Source of the DNA: Candidatus Thermosaccharophagus tengchongensis
GTDB lineage: Bacteria > Armatimonadota > Fervidibacteria > Fervidibacterales > Thermosaccharophagaceae
DNA: 50,318 bases
NCBI GenBank assembly: GCA_032161105.1
Contig: JAVHTD010000022.1
Reading direction: 5' to 3' (one strand)
How positions within the stretch are numbered: the first letter of the stretch is position 1; every line of letters begins with the position of its first letter. The notes under the pieces are model-generated. The model did not search any database. It was not told where the DNA came from and saw only the letters and a list, made by a program, of their open reading frames with translations. Below are positions 10,225-20,691 of the stretch, piece after piece. Position numbers and translations under genes: made by a program.

Positions 10225-12198
10225 TCACCAGTTCATCGGATAGACTCGCATGTTCGGAACAAAGCATCCAACGAGCGTCCACAAACCGCCGTGAGCGAAA
10301 TCGCCAAGTATCAATCCGAGGAAGAACGGCAGTGCTCGCCTGTATGCTGCCGTCCCAAAGTATCTCAACAACACGCCTTTGAATGCCCACGAGATCATAA
10401 ATGGCAACCACACCTTATGCATCGTAGCTGTGTTTGCGACGGCATACCCAAATGGGTGTATGGGAATTGAGAGCATGTGAGCCCTCGCAAATGTCAGCAT
10501 GCAAGTTGCCGCAAACCCAATCGCGATGGCGAGCGTCTCGCGCAAGTCCGGGAGGACTGGCTGGCGGAGGAAGCTCTCAAGCATCATGAATGGCTCCCTC
10601 CCCATGTAGACCCGCCAGACATCTGCTTTCCCGGCTGCCCCAAGCTTATACCACACCGACAAGGCGCCGTAGAAGGCTGTGGGAACGCAGATGAAAGCCC
10701 CAATGACGATGCTCCAAAGCAATTTGCTTTGGCTCAAGTTAGCAATGTCTGCCATCTTGAGCGCGTCCATCTGGTGCGGCATCGGCAGGCAGCGCAGGTC
10801 AAAGCTCGCTATGTTTCGCAGATATGCCATGATGGTGAGTTCGCGCGGCGTGAGCGCGTTTGTGCCGAGCGTTGTCGTCACAATCGTGTATGGGTCCGCA
10901 TGAGGTCCAAATAGCCATGCATTGCCCGCTTCAGCCCTTAAGCGTGTTGCCGAAAGCATGTATGTAAACGATAGCGCAAAAAGCAACGCTGCAACCAATG
11001 TCCTCATCCCGGCAACGCGCGCAAACAGGATGAGGAAGGAGAAGGACAATACCGACATCGCAAGAGCGGTGGTGACGGTTCTTCTCTCATGCGCCGTGCC
11101 GCTCCGTCCAAACGCAACTTTGAGTGTTTGGGCAAGATACGCCCTGCCAATCCACACGCTGAGCACGGCAATGGCTAAAAATGCCCCGGCACCTTGATGG
11201 GCGATGTATGGATAACGGCTTATTCCACCGCGCCCAAGCTGCGATATTCCGACTGCCTCGCAAATCACACTCTCAAGCTTCGTGACGAAGTAAAACAACC
11301 AGCAGCTGAAGGTCACCTCTAAGCTGAGCAAGTAGCCGATGCCGATTATGAACGGGTAGAAGGTCATCGGCATGGAGCCGATGGCATTCCATGGTCTATC
11401 CGTAAGATACCTGCCAATGTCCCAGAGTGTCCCTCGGACATCAATCATCGGCAATGACGGGCAGTTCATGCTCAGTGTGTTCCAAGTCCCGAGTGTGAAT
11501 GCCAATGTGAAGCCGAGCCAAAGTGAACGGTTGCGCAGCGCCTCAAACCTCGGCTTCGTCAATTCAATGGGAAGGACTACGGTCGGAAATGTGAGGCGCT
11601 CACGCTCAATCCACTGGCGCTTGAACAGGATGCAAAGTGACAGCGTAAACATCATGACCGCTATCGTAAAGGCACTCCAGACAGCCATCGGCAAAATCCA
11701 GTGAATGAGTGGCACGGAAGTGCCACCGATGTAGAACATCCGTATGGCTTCCTTATCCTGTGGCGCAAACCAACTTGGTATGTAGCTCCAAAACAACTCC
11801 TGCCAGTTGTTGACCGGGGAGGCATAATAGATTGGCGCAGTTAATGCTGGAACGAGGAAATGCATTCCGCCAGATGACGCAATGACACTCGTAGACGCAA
11901 GCACAGCATAGATAAGGATGAGTTCACCCTGCCTGAAACGCCAGTTTGGATTTAGCCTCGCCAAAATGCCGTTGAGGAGCACCAACATGCAAAGCACGAA
12001 GAATGCCCCAACTGGCAATGCGGTGTTTGCAAGTGCAGTATGTCCGCGTAACCCTCCGAGGCGTATCTCGGCGTGGTGTATCCACATGACTAATGGTGGT
12101 ATGAGCAACCATGCTACAACCATCGCTCTGCTGCGGATTTCCTTCTCCTCGGCAAGCTCCTTCAGTGATGGCTTTGCAAGGCTTATCTTCTCAGCCAC
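10225..12198 (-). CDS. Large polytopic membrane protein, DUF6785/DUF6784 (OPT-like) family
   Basis: QWIERERLTFP, RLRAEAG, HPFGY, PFFLGLILGD motifs; many TM segments; GTG start after GAGGTG (ORF track start 12225). Confidence 0.65.
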   Translation of the reverse strand: MAEKISLAKPSLKELAEEKEIRSRAMVVAWLLIPPLVMWIHHAEIRLGGLRGHTALANTALPVGAFFVLCMLVLLNGILARLNPNWRFRQGELILIYAVLASTSVIASSGGMHFLVPALTAPIYYASPVNNWQELFWSYIPSWFAPQDKEAIRMFYIGGTSVPLIHWILPMAVWSAFTIAVMMFTLSLCILFKRQWIERERLTFPTVVLPIELTKPRFEALRNRSLWLGFTLAFTLGTWNTLSMNCPSLPMIDVRGTLWDIGRYLTDRPWNAIGSMPMTFYPFIIGIGYLLSLEVTFSCWLFYFVTKLESVICEAVGISQLGRGGISRYPYIAHQGAGAFLAIAVLSVWIGRAYLAQTLKVAFGRSGTAHERRTVTTALAMSVLSFSFLILFARVAGMRTLVAALLFALSFTYMLSATRLRAEAGNAWLFGPHADPYTIVTTTLGTNALTPRELTIMAYLRNIASFDLRCLPMPHQMDALKMADIANLSQSKLLWSIVIGAFICVPTAFYGALSVWYKLGAAGKADVWRVYMGREPFMMLESFLRQPVLPDLRETLAIAIGFAATCMLTFARAHMLSIPIHPFGYAVANTATMHKVWLPFMISWAFKGVLLRYFGTAAYRRALPFFLGLILGDFAHGGLWTLVGCFVPNMRVYPMNW

Positions 12199-12359
12199 GC
12201 AATTAACACCTCGTTTCCGACACAAAGGGCGTCCTGAAAGAAACCGATGGCGAGGCTAAGCTTTATTTTACTTCGGCAGTTTAAACCGCTACACTAAAAT
12301 GTTGCAAACCGAGCCCCCAACTTGGGGCGCGTGATTTGAGATGTTCTGATGAGGTGGCC

Positions 12360-14093
12360 ATGATGGTTCACAGGAAAATTAGGCGTATAGCGTGGCTGGA
12401 GCCATCCCGTTTCCCCTACGGTTATGGCGATCAGCATGTTTTCAAAGGTTGGGTGATACCGAGGGCTGGACCCCAAATGGCCGGTTTACTTGACTCACTC
12501 GGCTATGATACCGTCGTCTACTGCGGAGAAGGGGCACCGATTGAAGTTGAAGAAATAGCGCGCAATTTTGATATGGCATGCATATCCGTGCTAAGTTGCA
12601 CAGCCACGCACGGCTTAATTCTCGGAAAGCAGCTCTCTGACATGGGTATGCCGGTTGTCGCTGGTGGTTTTCACTTTGCTCACGCACTCATGACGCCGGA
12701 AACGCTCGCACCAACAACAGAGGCACTTGACTATGTTCCGTATGTCATCAGGGGTGAGGGCTACAGGAGCTTGGTTGAGTTGCTTGAGGCGCTTGAAGGT
12801 AAGAGAAGTTTTGAAAGCGTCTTTGGGCTCTCGTATTGCTTTGGCGATGAAAAGATACACAACCCGCCAGCGCAGCTCATGACAAGGGAAGAGCTAAACC
12901 AACTGCCGCTGCCAAAGTGGGAGAAAGTCATCGGGGTAAGGAGGGGGTGCGTCATTTCAATTCATGGCGTGTATGGTTGCCCGAGGAAATGCACATGGTG
13001 CGCCGTATGGCCGAGGGATGGAAGAGGTAACAGGAGCATAGATCCGGCAAGGGTTGTGGATGCAATTGAGCACGCATTAAAAGTTCAGGGCAGGGGCGAC
13101 GGGCGAATCACATGGATTTTCTTCTCATCGGACAACTTCCCAGCGATAAAAGATTGGGCAAATGGCATTTGTGAAGAGATCATCAGGCGCAAGCTTCCAA
13201 TCAAATGGACATGCCAAGCCGAAGTGGCTGCGGCAAAGCGCCTTGAGTTGATTAAGTTGATGAAGAAAGCGGGATGTGAGTGGTGGTGCATCGGTTTTGA
13301 GAGCATAAGCGAAGACTCGCTTCGCGCCTCTGAGAAGCAGCAATCGCTCAAGGACATGGAGGAGGCGATAAGGGTATTGCATTCTCACGGCATAAAGATT
13401 CACGGCATGTTCATTTGCGGCTTGCCCGGCGATACGAGGGAGAGCATCTTTAAGACAGTTGAGTGGGCAAAGCGCATGGGCATTGAGACGATACAAATCA
13501 CATGTCTTGTTGAGTTGCCGGGCTCGCAGGATTACGAGACAAAGAGGCAATGGGAAAGGGCATTTAGACCATTCCAACCGCCTTACGAGCTTCTCAACTG
13601 GCTCTTCACCAACGGGCATTATGCGAGGATAGCTATGGGCAAGATGAGCCTATACGAAATTCAGAGGTGCGCCATAGAAGGGATGAAACGCTTTTATTCA
13701 ATCGGACACATACTCAAAGCCATTTTCCCAAACTGGAACACGCTCAAGTATGAGTTGAGGCATGGCAGCGGGTTGCTCAAGAGCTTGAAGGCTGCATGCA
13801 TTGACAGCATTTATGTAATGGCTCTCAGGATGCGCGGATTAAAGCTCCTAAGGCAATGGGAGAGCTCTAAGCTCAACCAACTCTACCAGATGATGCTCCA
13901 ATTCCCCGAACGCATACCGCAACTCGTTCAGGAGGTGTTGAAGTTAATCCCGAAGGAATGGATTGAGGTTATGGAAAAGGTGGCGAAGGAAAGGCGGCAA
14001 TGTAAAGTCGTGATTAGAGAGGGTGAGCCACCTCGTCACCTGAAGCCATTCATTGAGAGATGGTTCAAGGAGATGACTGCGCCTGCCGATTGA
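12360..14093 (+). CDS. B12-binding-domain radical SAM protein
   Basis: GCPRKCTWC (CxxxCxxC), VVAGGFH, IRGEG, IGFES, GMFICGLPGD. Confidence 0.85.
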   Translation: MMVHRKIRRIAWLEPSRFPYGYGDQHVFKGWVIPRAGPQMAGLLDSLGYDTVVYCGEGAPIEVEEIARNFDMACISVLSCTATHGLILGKQLSDMGMPVVAGGFHFAHALMTPETLAPTTEALDYVPYVIRGEGYRSLVELLEALEGKRSFESVFGLSYCFGDEKIHNPPAQLMTREELNQLPLPKWEKVIGVRRGCVISIHGVYGCPRKCTWCAVWPRDGRGNRSIDPARVVDAIEHALKVQGRGDGRITWIFFSSDNFPAIKDWANGICEEIIRRKLPIKWTCQAEVAAAKRLELIKLMKKAGCEWWCIGFESISEDSLRASEKQQSLKDMEEAIRVLHSHGIKIHGMFICGLPGDTRESIFKTVEWAKRMGIETIQITCLVELPGSQDYETKRQWERAFRPFQPPYELLNWLFTNGHYARIAMGKMSLYEIQRCAIEGMKRFYSIGHILKAIFPNWNTLKYELRHGSGLLKSLKAACIDSIYVMALRMRGLKLLRQWESSKLNQLYQMMLQFPERIPQLVQEVLKLIPKEWIEVMEKVAKERRQCKVVIREGEPPRHLKPFIERWFKEMTAPAD

Positions 14094-14188
14094 CGCTTGC
14101 CCTCGGAAGCATCACTCCATTTGCTTCTCATGACAACGGGCATTGTCATGCCTCATTAACATGCCGGAGCTTAATGGAGGTGACAGTG

Positions 14189-15319
14189 ATGGGAGAGAAA
14201 GTGAAGGTCGGCATCGTGGGGTTAGGCATGGGTAGAGTGCATTTGCAGGCGCTGAATGGGATGGAGGAAGTTGAAGTGCAAGCCCTGTGTGACATAAACG
14301 AGGAGTTGCTCAAAAGTGTTGGCGAGGAGGCGGGTGTGCGGAAGTTGTTCACCGACTTTGAGCAGTTCATCAAGGAGGACATGGATGCCGTCTTCATATG
14401 CACACCGCATTTCCTGCACCGTGAACAGGTCGTTGCAGCACTTCAGTCTGGCAAGCATGTTTTTTGTGAGAAGCCGCTTGCGGTCACGGTGAGGGAAGCC
14501 GATGAGATGGTAAAGGTGGCGATGGATGCGAAGAAGAAATTGGCAGTTGGCTTTCAAAGGCGAACGAACCCAAAGGATAGGTTGGTCAGGCAGCTCGTTC
14601 AGGAGTTGGGGGAGATATCTTGCGGGTTGTATGAGACGATCGGGGTGCGCACACAGGCTTACTATGACTCAGGTGCGTGGAGGGGCACATGGTGGGGCGA
14701 AGGTGGCGGTGTGCTCATAAATCAAGCGGTGCATGACCTTGATATTTACCAGTGGTGGATGGGAATGCCGAAATGGGTGATTGGTATGGCTGAAACATTT
14801 GCACACAACATTGAGACGGAAGATCTGGCAAGCGCCATTTTCGTTCACGAGAATGGTGCGCAGGTGCTCTTCCAAGCATCGCTTGCCAGTCACCCGGGCG
14901 CATCAAGGTTTGAAGTGAATGGTGAAATGGGGAGGCTCGTTTACGACGGAGAGATACGCATAGCCAGGGTTGATGGCTCAGTCCTTGAGTTCATACGGGT
15001 GTGCCCCGAGGTCTGGGGTAAACCCCCAAAGGTTACATGGGAGGATGTGCAAGCTCCTCAGGAGGAGTGGGGACACGCGGTTCTCGTGAGGGACTTCATC
15101 AACTCAATCATCACTGACAGGGAGCCCTTAGCGACGGGCGAAGAAGGGATAAAGTCAGTTGAGCTTGTTAACGCCATCATCATGTCCACATTGCTCCGAG
15201 AACCAGTTGAGCTGCCGTTGGACAGGGATTCATATGAAGCGCTTATGGAGGAGTTGCGTAAAGGCAAGCGCAAGTTGCCCTCTCGGACTAATCATAAATT
15301 TGCCTACACATCGCAATGA
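14189..15319 (+). CDS. Gfo/Idh/MocA family oxidoreductase
   Basis: GIVGLGMG, GKHVFCEKP, GGGVLINQAVHDLD; start chosen after GGAGGTG RBS. Confidence 0.9.
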   Translation: MGEKVKVGIVGLGMGRVHLQALNGMEEVEVQALCDINEELLKSVGEEAGVRKLFTDFEQFIKEDMDAVFICTPHFLHREQVVAALQSGKHVFCEKPLAVTVREADEMVKVAMDAKKKLAVGFQRRTNPKDRLVRQLVQELGEISCGLYETIGVRTQAYYDSGAWRGTWWGEGGGVLINQAVHDLDIYQWWMGMPKWVIGMAETFAHNIETEDLASAIFVHENGAQVLFQASLASHPGASRFEVNGEMGRLVYDGEIRIARVDGSVLEFIRVCPEVWGKPPKVTWEDVQAPQEEWGHAVLVRDFINSIITDREPLATGEEGIKSVELVNAIIMSTLLREPVELPLDRDSYEALMEELRKGKRKLPSRTNHKFAYTSQ

Positions 15320-15380
15320 GGCATTGGTCTGCGGCTTTACAGCGTATGCTGCATAACTTCGCCTCAAAGGTGAGGATAGC

Positions 15381-16745
15381 TTGAACTTAAGTAGCTTAAT
15401 GAGAGAGCGCTTCCCAAAGTGGCTCATTCAGTCCCTCCAGATGGTCGGACATATAGCCGAACGCTTCGGATGGAGGGCTTTCATCGTTGGTGGGTTTGTT
15501 CGCGACCTTATACTTGGGAAGCGCAACTTTGACATAGATATTACCGTTGAGGGCGATGGGATCGCCATTGCGAGGGAACTTTCGGAACTGCTCGGGGCGA
15601 GGTTAACCATTCATGAGCGCTTTTTAACAGCCACAATTCACACCCCGGATGGGAGGCACATTGACATAGCCACATGCCGCAGGGAGAGATACAACCGTCC
15701 GGCTGTCCTCCCGATGGTTGAGCCGGCAAGCGCTGAGGAGGATTTGCTTCGGCGTGATTTCTCAATCAATGCGATAGCCGTGCACATAACTGAGAAGCGA
15801 TTTGGCGATGTGCTTGATGTCTGTGGTGGCATGTCAGATTTGCGCTCCGGGATAATACGCATCCTTCATGAGCGGAGTTTCATTGACGACCCGACAAGGG
15901 CATTCAGGGCGGTGAGGTTTGAACAGCGCTTTTCGTTCAAGATTGAGCCGCACACCGAATACCTGATGCGAGAGGCAATTGAGGCTGGGATGATTTCACT
16001 TTTAACGCCCGATAGGATAAAGCATGAGTGGATGAGGATTTGCAATGAGCATAATCCCACAGCGTGCATTTTTAGGATGGCAGAGTTTGACATGCTTCAT
16101 TGGATTAGCGATGCGCTCTCGCTTGATGCGGAGCTTAAGCGCGCAGCACTTGAGGCGCTGCCGAGGGCTGAGGAGTTGGCAAAGGCTGCCGATGTGACCT
16201 ACGAAAGATGGCTTCTATACTTTATGCCGTTGGTTGATGGAGCTGAAGCGAGTGAGGTGGCTTCGCTTTGCACGCGTTATTCCCTCAGCGCAAAGCACAC
16301 TCAGGCATTGCTAAGCAGCTTATCGGTCGGTGGGACACTGCGAGCTGTAAATATTCCGATGCGCCCGAGCGCTATCAAATCGCTGTGGGATGCATTCCCG
16401 ATTGAGGTTGTCATATATGCCCTTGCAGTTGCCCTTGCAGCGGGCTTCAGACAAGCATCGGATTCGCTCATTGCCTACATAACCAACTACAGGAATGCTC
16501 AACCGGATGTGACCGGTGGCGAACTAATTTCAGCCGGCATACCGGCGGGACCTTGGATTAGGGCAGCACTCCTTGAAGCCTTAAAGGCTAAGCTTGACGA
16601 GGGTTCTGATAGGGAGAGGCAGCTTGCAACGGCTTTGAAGGTCGCAAGGGGCATGGCGGCGGTGATGCGCCATGAGGTTGAAAGGCGTGAGGAAGGGAGT
16701 GATACTCGCAGCCGGCAAAGGGACGAGGCTACTCCCCATCACTGA
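15381..16745 (+). CDS. tRNA nucleotidyltransferase (class II CCA/A-adding type)
   Basis: VGGFVRD, DIDI, RRDFSINA, SFIDDPTRAFRAVRF. Confidence 0.85.
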   Translation: MNLSSLMRERFPKWLIQSLQMVGHIAERFGWRAFIVGGFVRDLILGKRNFDIDITVEGDGIAIARELSELLGARLTIHERFLTATIHTPDGRHIDIATCRRERYNRPAVLPMVEPASAEEDLLRRDFSINAIAVHITEKRFGDVLDVCGGMSDLRSGIIRILHERSFIDDPTRAFRAVRFEQRFSFKIEPHTEYLMREAIEAGMISLLTPDRIKHEWMRICNEHNPTACIFRMAEFDMLHWISDALSLDAELKRAALEALPRAEELAKAADVTYERWLLYFMPLVDGAEASEVASLCTRYSLSAKHTQALLSSLSVGGTLRAVNIPMRPSAIKSLWDAFPIEVVIYALAVALAAGFRQASDSLIAYITNYRNAQPDVTGGELISAGIPAGPWIRAALLEALKAKLDEGSDRERQLATALKVARGMAAVMRHEVERREEGSDTRSRQRDEATPHH

Positions 16746-17415
16746 GAATGTCCCGAAGGTTTTGATTGAGGTTGGTGGTGAACCATTCCTGTCACATTTG
16801 CTTCGCCGGTTCAAAATGGCTGGGTGCACGCATCTGCTCATCGTCATTGGACACCTTGGCGACCTGATTGTCCGGCGATACGGTGATGAGGCATTTTCCA
16901 TGCGCCTTTCCTATGCTGTCCAAGAGAAGCCAGAAGGGACTGCGAGGGCACTACAGCTCGCTGAGGCATTTGTTGGTGATGACCCATTCATGCTCTCATG
17001 GGGCGATGTGATTGCGTCACCGAGAAATTACATTTCCCTGTGGGAAAGGTTTGAGCGCGGCGATTGCGAGATGTGCATGCTCATCAACTGGCTTGAAGAT
17101 GTCTCGCACGGCGCAGATGTAATGGTGTCGGGTGAGCTTGTAACCGGCATAGTTGAGAAGCCGCCGATGAAGAAGGCTGGATGGAATCAATCTGGGGTGT
17201 TTGTCATGAGCAATCGCATCTTCTCATACCTTCCCGAAGTTGGGCTATCGCAGCGTGGCGAATACGAGTTTACGGATGCCGTCAGGATGATGCTCAACCA
17301 TGGGGAACGCATCGTCGCTGTGCCGGCGAGCGGATATGTGTATGAGCTTGGGACACATGAGCAGTTGCGCCACCTTCAATCCATCGCCACACGGCTTTTT
17401 GAGATGGCGATGTGA
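16672..17415 (+). CDS. Sugar-1-phosphate nucleotidyltransferase (RmlA/GlmU-like)
   Basis: ILAAGKGTRLLPIT...PK, QEKPEGTARA, IVEKP, RGEYEFTDA. Confidence 0.88.
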   Translation: MRLKGVRKGVILAAGKGTRLLPITENVPKVLIEVGGEPFLSHLLRRFKMAGCTHLLIVIGHLGDLIVRRYGDEAFSMRLSYAVQEKPEGTARALQLAEAFVGDDPFMLSWGDVIASPRNYISLWERFERGDCEMCMLINWLEDVSHGADVMVSGELVTGIVEKPPMKKAGWNQSGVFVMSNRIFSYLPEVGLSQRGEYEFTDAVRMMLNHGERIVAVPASGYVYELGTHEQLRHLQSIATRLFEMAM

Positions 17416-17433
17416 AATGGAGTTTTTTGACGC

Positions 17434-18594
17434 TTATCCGAAGCGCCCCCGTATGAATGCGTCGGTGCGTTCATCCTGCGGGTTCTCAAATATTTGGCTT
17501 GTTGGTCCGACCTCTATAAGTTCGCCATCAAGCATGAAGCCGGTTATATCGGCAACTCGTGATGCTTGAAACATGTTATGCGTGACGAGCAGTATCGTCA
17601 GGCGTTCCTTCAGCTCAAGCATCAGTTCCTCAATGCGCAGCGTTGAGCCCGGGTCAAGGGCTGAGCATGGCTCATCAAGGAGCAGCACATCTGGCTCAAC
17701 GGCGAGTGCGCGTGCTATGCAAAGGCGCTGCTGCTGTCCACCGGAGAGAATTGAAGCCGGCTCATAAATGATGTCTTTCACTTCATCCCAGAGGGCTGCC
17801 TCACGAAGCGCTTTCTCAACTCTCTCAGCAAGCTGCCTCTTATCCCTGATGCCGTGAATCCTAAGTCCGTAGGCGACATTGTCAAAGATGGACATCGGGA
17901 ACGGATTTGGCTTTTGGAAGACCATCCCAACTCTCCTTCTCAATTCAACCACATCAACGCCCCTGTCGTAGATATTGACGCCATCAAGGAGCACCTCACC
18001 GCTCACACGCGCATCCGGTATTAGGTCGTTCATCCTGTTCAGGCAGCGCAGGAAGGAGCTTTTACCGCACCCGGAAGGTCCTATGGTTGCAAAGATGCAA
18101 TTAGCCGGGATGTCAAGGTTGATGTTCTTCAGTGCCACACGCTCACCATAGTGCAGCCATAGGTTTCGTATCCGAAACTTTACCTTAGCCTCAGTGCTCA
18201 GCTGCTTCAACAGCTCTTTCACACGCGCTTCAATTAAGTCCCTCGTTCGCCTATACACTTCAATTGGTGCTCCAGTTGGGTCTGGTATGTCCCATTCAAT
18301 CCTGTATGGGGCGCCGGTCAACGAATCGGTGCTCACATCAAGCCCAACCGTGACGACGACATCGCTCCCGACGATACCGACCTCTGAAAGCCCCTTTGGA
18401 CGCTGTGAGCTGATGTCAATCCCCCTCTCCTTCATTACCAAGATGGCGTTTGAATCAATTTCAGCGGCTGGGTTCAACCCGGCGCTTGCCACATCAAATT
18501 GCCCTTTGCTTGCCTCCCTGAAGAGGGCTTCCGCCATTTGACTCCTGCACGAATTTCTCTCGCATACGAACACAACGCGCCGCTTCATTGCCAC
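17434..18594 (-). CDS. pstB: Phosphate ABC ATPase PstB fused to N-terminal ArsC/LMW-PTP domain
   Basis: N-terminal [14 protein letters not shown]...SAG...WDIPDP; C-terminal [45 protein letters not shown]. Confidence 0.92.
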   Translation of the reverse strand: MAMKRRVVFVCERNSCRSQMAEALFREASKGQFDVASAGLNPAAEIDSNAILVMKERGIDISSQRPKGLSEVGIVGSDVVVTVGLDVSTDSLTGAPYRIEWDIPDPTGAPIEVYRRTRDLIEARVKELLKQLSTEAKVKFRIRNLWLHYGERVALKNINLDIPANCIFATIGPSGCGKSSFLRCLNRMNDLIPDARVSGEVLLDGVNIYDRGVDVVELRRRVGMVFQKPNPFPMSIFDNVAYGLRIHGIRDKRQLAERVEKALREAALWDEVKDIIYEPASILSGGQQQRLCIARALAVEPDVLLLDEPCSALDPGSTLRIEELMLELKERLTILLVTHNMFQASRVADITGFMLDGELIEVGPTSQIFENPQDERTDAFIRGRFG

Positions 18595-18633
18595 TTCACC
18601 TCAATCAGCATTCGCACCAAACAGCATCTTGCC

Positions 18634-19572
18634 TTATGCAGCGCCAGTGGCAACGCGCAGCCGTATGCGGATCAGTATGGCAATCAGGTTGAGCATGAAT
18701 GTGAGTGCCAAAAGAACAAGGGCAGTTGCGTATTGCAATGGCAGCGTCGCTTCAACATCCGGGGATTGAGTCGCCATGACATAAATGTGATACCCAAGAT
18801 GCATGAATTGGCTTGTCGGTGATAGCGGCAGTTGCGGCAGGTAGTATGCAACCCCAGTAAATAGCAGTGGCGCAACCTCACTGGCGCCCCTGCTCACAGT
18901 CAATATTGCGCCCGTGAGTATACCGCCCATCGCCTTCGGGAAAACAATGCGCCATACCGTTTGCCATTTTGTTGCACCGAGAGCATAGCTTGCCAGACGC
19001 AGCTCCTCAGGTATTGCAGCCAGTGCCTCCTCCGTAACGGTCACAGCAACCGGCAGTGTAAGGATTGCGAGGGTGGCTGCAGCCCATAGCAGGCATGGCT
19101 GCCCAAAGAGGAGTTCAACCCCGATGAGTGAGTCAATGCCCTTCCCGATGAAAAGGATGAAGAAGCTGAGCCCAAACATGCCATACACGATGGATGGCAC
19201 ACCGGCGAGGTTTGAAATGGAAGCCCGTATTAGTTTTGTGATGAGGGCATGCTTTGGGGCATACTCGTTCAGATAAATTGCCGTCAAGACACCAACAGGC
19301 ATGACTATTACCGTCATTGAGATGACGAGCAGCAGCGTTCCGAAGATGGCTGGGAATATCCCACCGCCCATCATCCCGCTTTCTGGCGGCTTGCTCAGAA
19401 ATTCCCAGCTGAGCTTCCTGTAGCCGCCGCTCACAAGGTCAATTAAAATGATGGCGAGCATCAAGACGATGATTAAGGTTGCGATTGCGCTCAACATTGT
19501 TAAAGCCATTCCGGCAACATCAGCGCCCTTAACTCGCCCGCGCGACACTGTGCCCGGGTTCACTCTAACCAC
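18634..19572 (-). CDS. pstA: Phosphate ABC permease PstA
   Basis: GGIFPAIFGT, IYLNEY, NLAGVPSIVYG, ALGATKWQT. Confidence 0.92.
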   Translation of the reverse strand: MVRVNPGTVSRGRVKGADVAGMALTMLSAIATLIIVLMLAIILIDLVSGGYRKLSWEFLSKPPESGMMGGGIFPAIFGTLLLVISMTVIVMPVGVLTAIYLNEYAPKHALITKLIRASISNLAGVPSIVYGMFGLSFFILFIGKGIDSLIGVELLFGQPCLLWAAATLAILTLPVAVTVTEEALAAIPEELRLASYALGATKWQTVWRIVFPKAMGGILTGAILTVSRGASEVAPLLFTGVAYYLPQLPLSPTSQFMHLGYHIYVMATQSPDVEATLPLQYATALVLLALTFMLNLIAILIRIRLRVATGAA

Positions 19573-20539
19573 CCGTGATTTTCCTTCGCAGCTTTGAAAT
19601 GGTCAATTGCGAAACGCCGTTCACGATGAAGCTGACCGAGAGCAATATTGCGCCGATGAGAAAAAGCACATAGTAGTGTGAGCTTCCAACCACAGCCTCC
19701 GGCATTTCAGCGCCGATTGTGGCTGCAAGTGTTCTTGCCGAATGAAATATGTTCCAATCAAGCATCGGGGCATTTCCGGTAGCCATCAGCGCAATCATTG
19801 TCTCACCCCATGCTCTCCCGAAGCTGAGCAGGGCTGCAGCGATGACACCCGGCATCGCAGTCGGAATGGCGACACCTAAAGCCGTTTGCCACTTAGTTGC
19901 GCCGAGAGCTATGCTCGCTACGCGGTAGCTCTCCGGGACACTGTGAAGCGCCTCCTCGCAAAGCGTGAATGTGATTGGCACGACCGCGATTGATATTCCG
20001 ATGCCACCCACAAGCGCATTCAACCTGCTCGGTGTAAAAGCCTCACGCAGCCATTCAATTTCATAAACATGAGCAACCCACGAAGCCACCCTCATGAGGC
20101 AGAAGAAGCCGATCACCACAGATGGGATGGAAGCGAGCAGCTCTGCGATTGGTTTGACGAATTCGCCCAACCACTTTGGCGCGCATTCCGAAATGAAGAG
20201 AGCGGCAAGCATGCCGAGCGGCAAGGCAATGAACAGCGCCACAAGACTCGTCTTGAGCGTTCCGACAACCAGCGGTAGGAGAGAATACTTTGGCGGCTCA
20301 GAGGTTGGCTGCCAAGCCATCTTCAAGAAGAGCTCACGGAAGCTCACCTGAGCCCTTATGCTCGGGTTGATGAAAACCACGATTGCCTCCTTGAGGACGA
20401 AAATGCCCACCAGCACTATGAGCAGAATGCTCGCCAAGGAGATAACGAGTATGGCAGCTTCGCCGACACGCTCATGCCATCTTTCGGTGGAATGCCCGTT
20501 TGACTTGAAGATACTCGCGTTATTAGCGGGATGGTTCAC
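19565..20539 (-). CDS. pstC: Phosphate ABC permease PstC
   Basis: WQPTS, ELLASIPSVVIG, FGRAWGETM...GN, TLAATIGAEMPE. Confidence 0.92.
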   Translation of the reverse strand: MNHPANNASIFKSNGHSTERWHERVGEAAILVISLASILLIVLVGIFVLKEAIVVFINPSIRAQVSFRELFLKMAWQPTSEPPKYSLLPLVVGTLKTSLVALFIALPLGMLAALFISECAPKWLGEFVKPIAELLASIPSVVIGFFCLMRVASWVAHVYEIEWLREAFTPSRLNALVGGIGISIAVVPITFTLCEEALHSVPESYRVASIALGATKWQTALGVAIPTAMPGVIAAALLSFGRAWGETMIALMATGNAPMLDWNIFHSARTLAATIGAEMPEAVVGSSHYYVLFLIGAILLSVSFIVNGVSQLTISKLRRKITGG

Positions 20540-20691
20540 GCTTCACCTTCCCCCACCCACATGCTTACTCCCATTGCGTGAGTGTGCCCAATTTATTTCC
20601 CATGCATCATTGTTGCCGCGTGCCGAGGGGATGCATTTCCAAGTGCGCCTTGAGCCCATGATGAGTGACTGGAGCAGGGCATATTGGTCGT

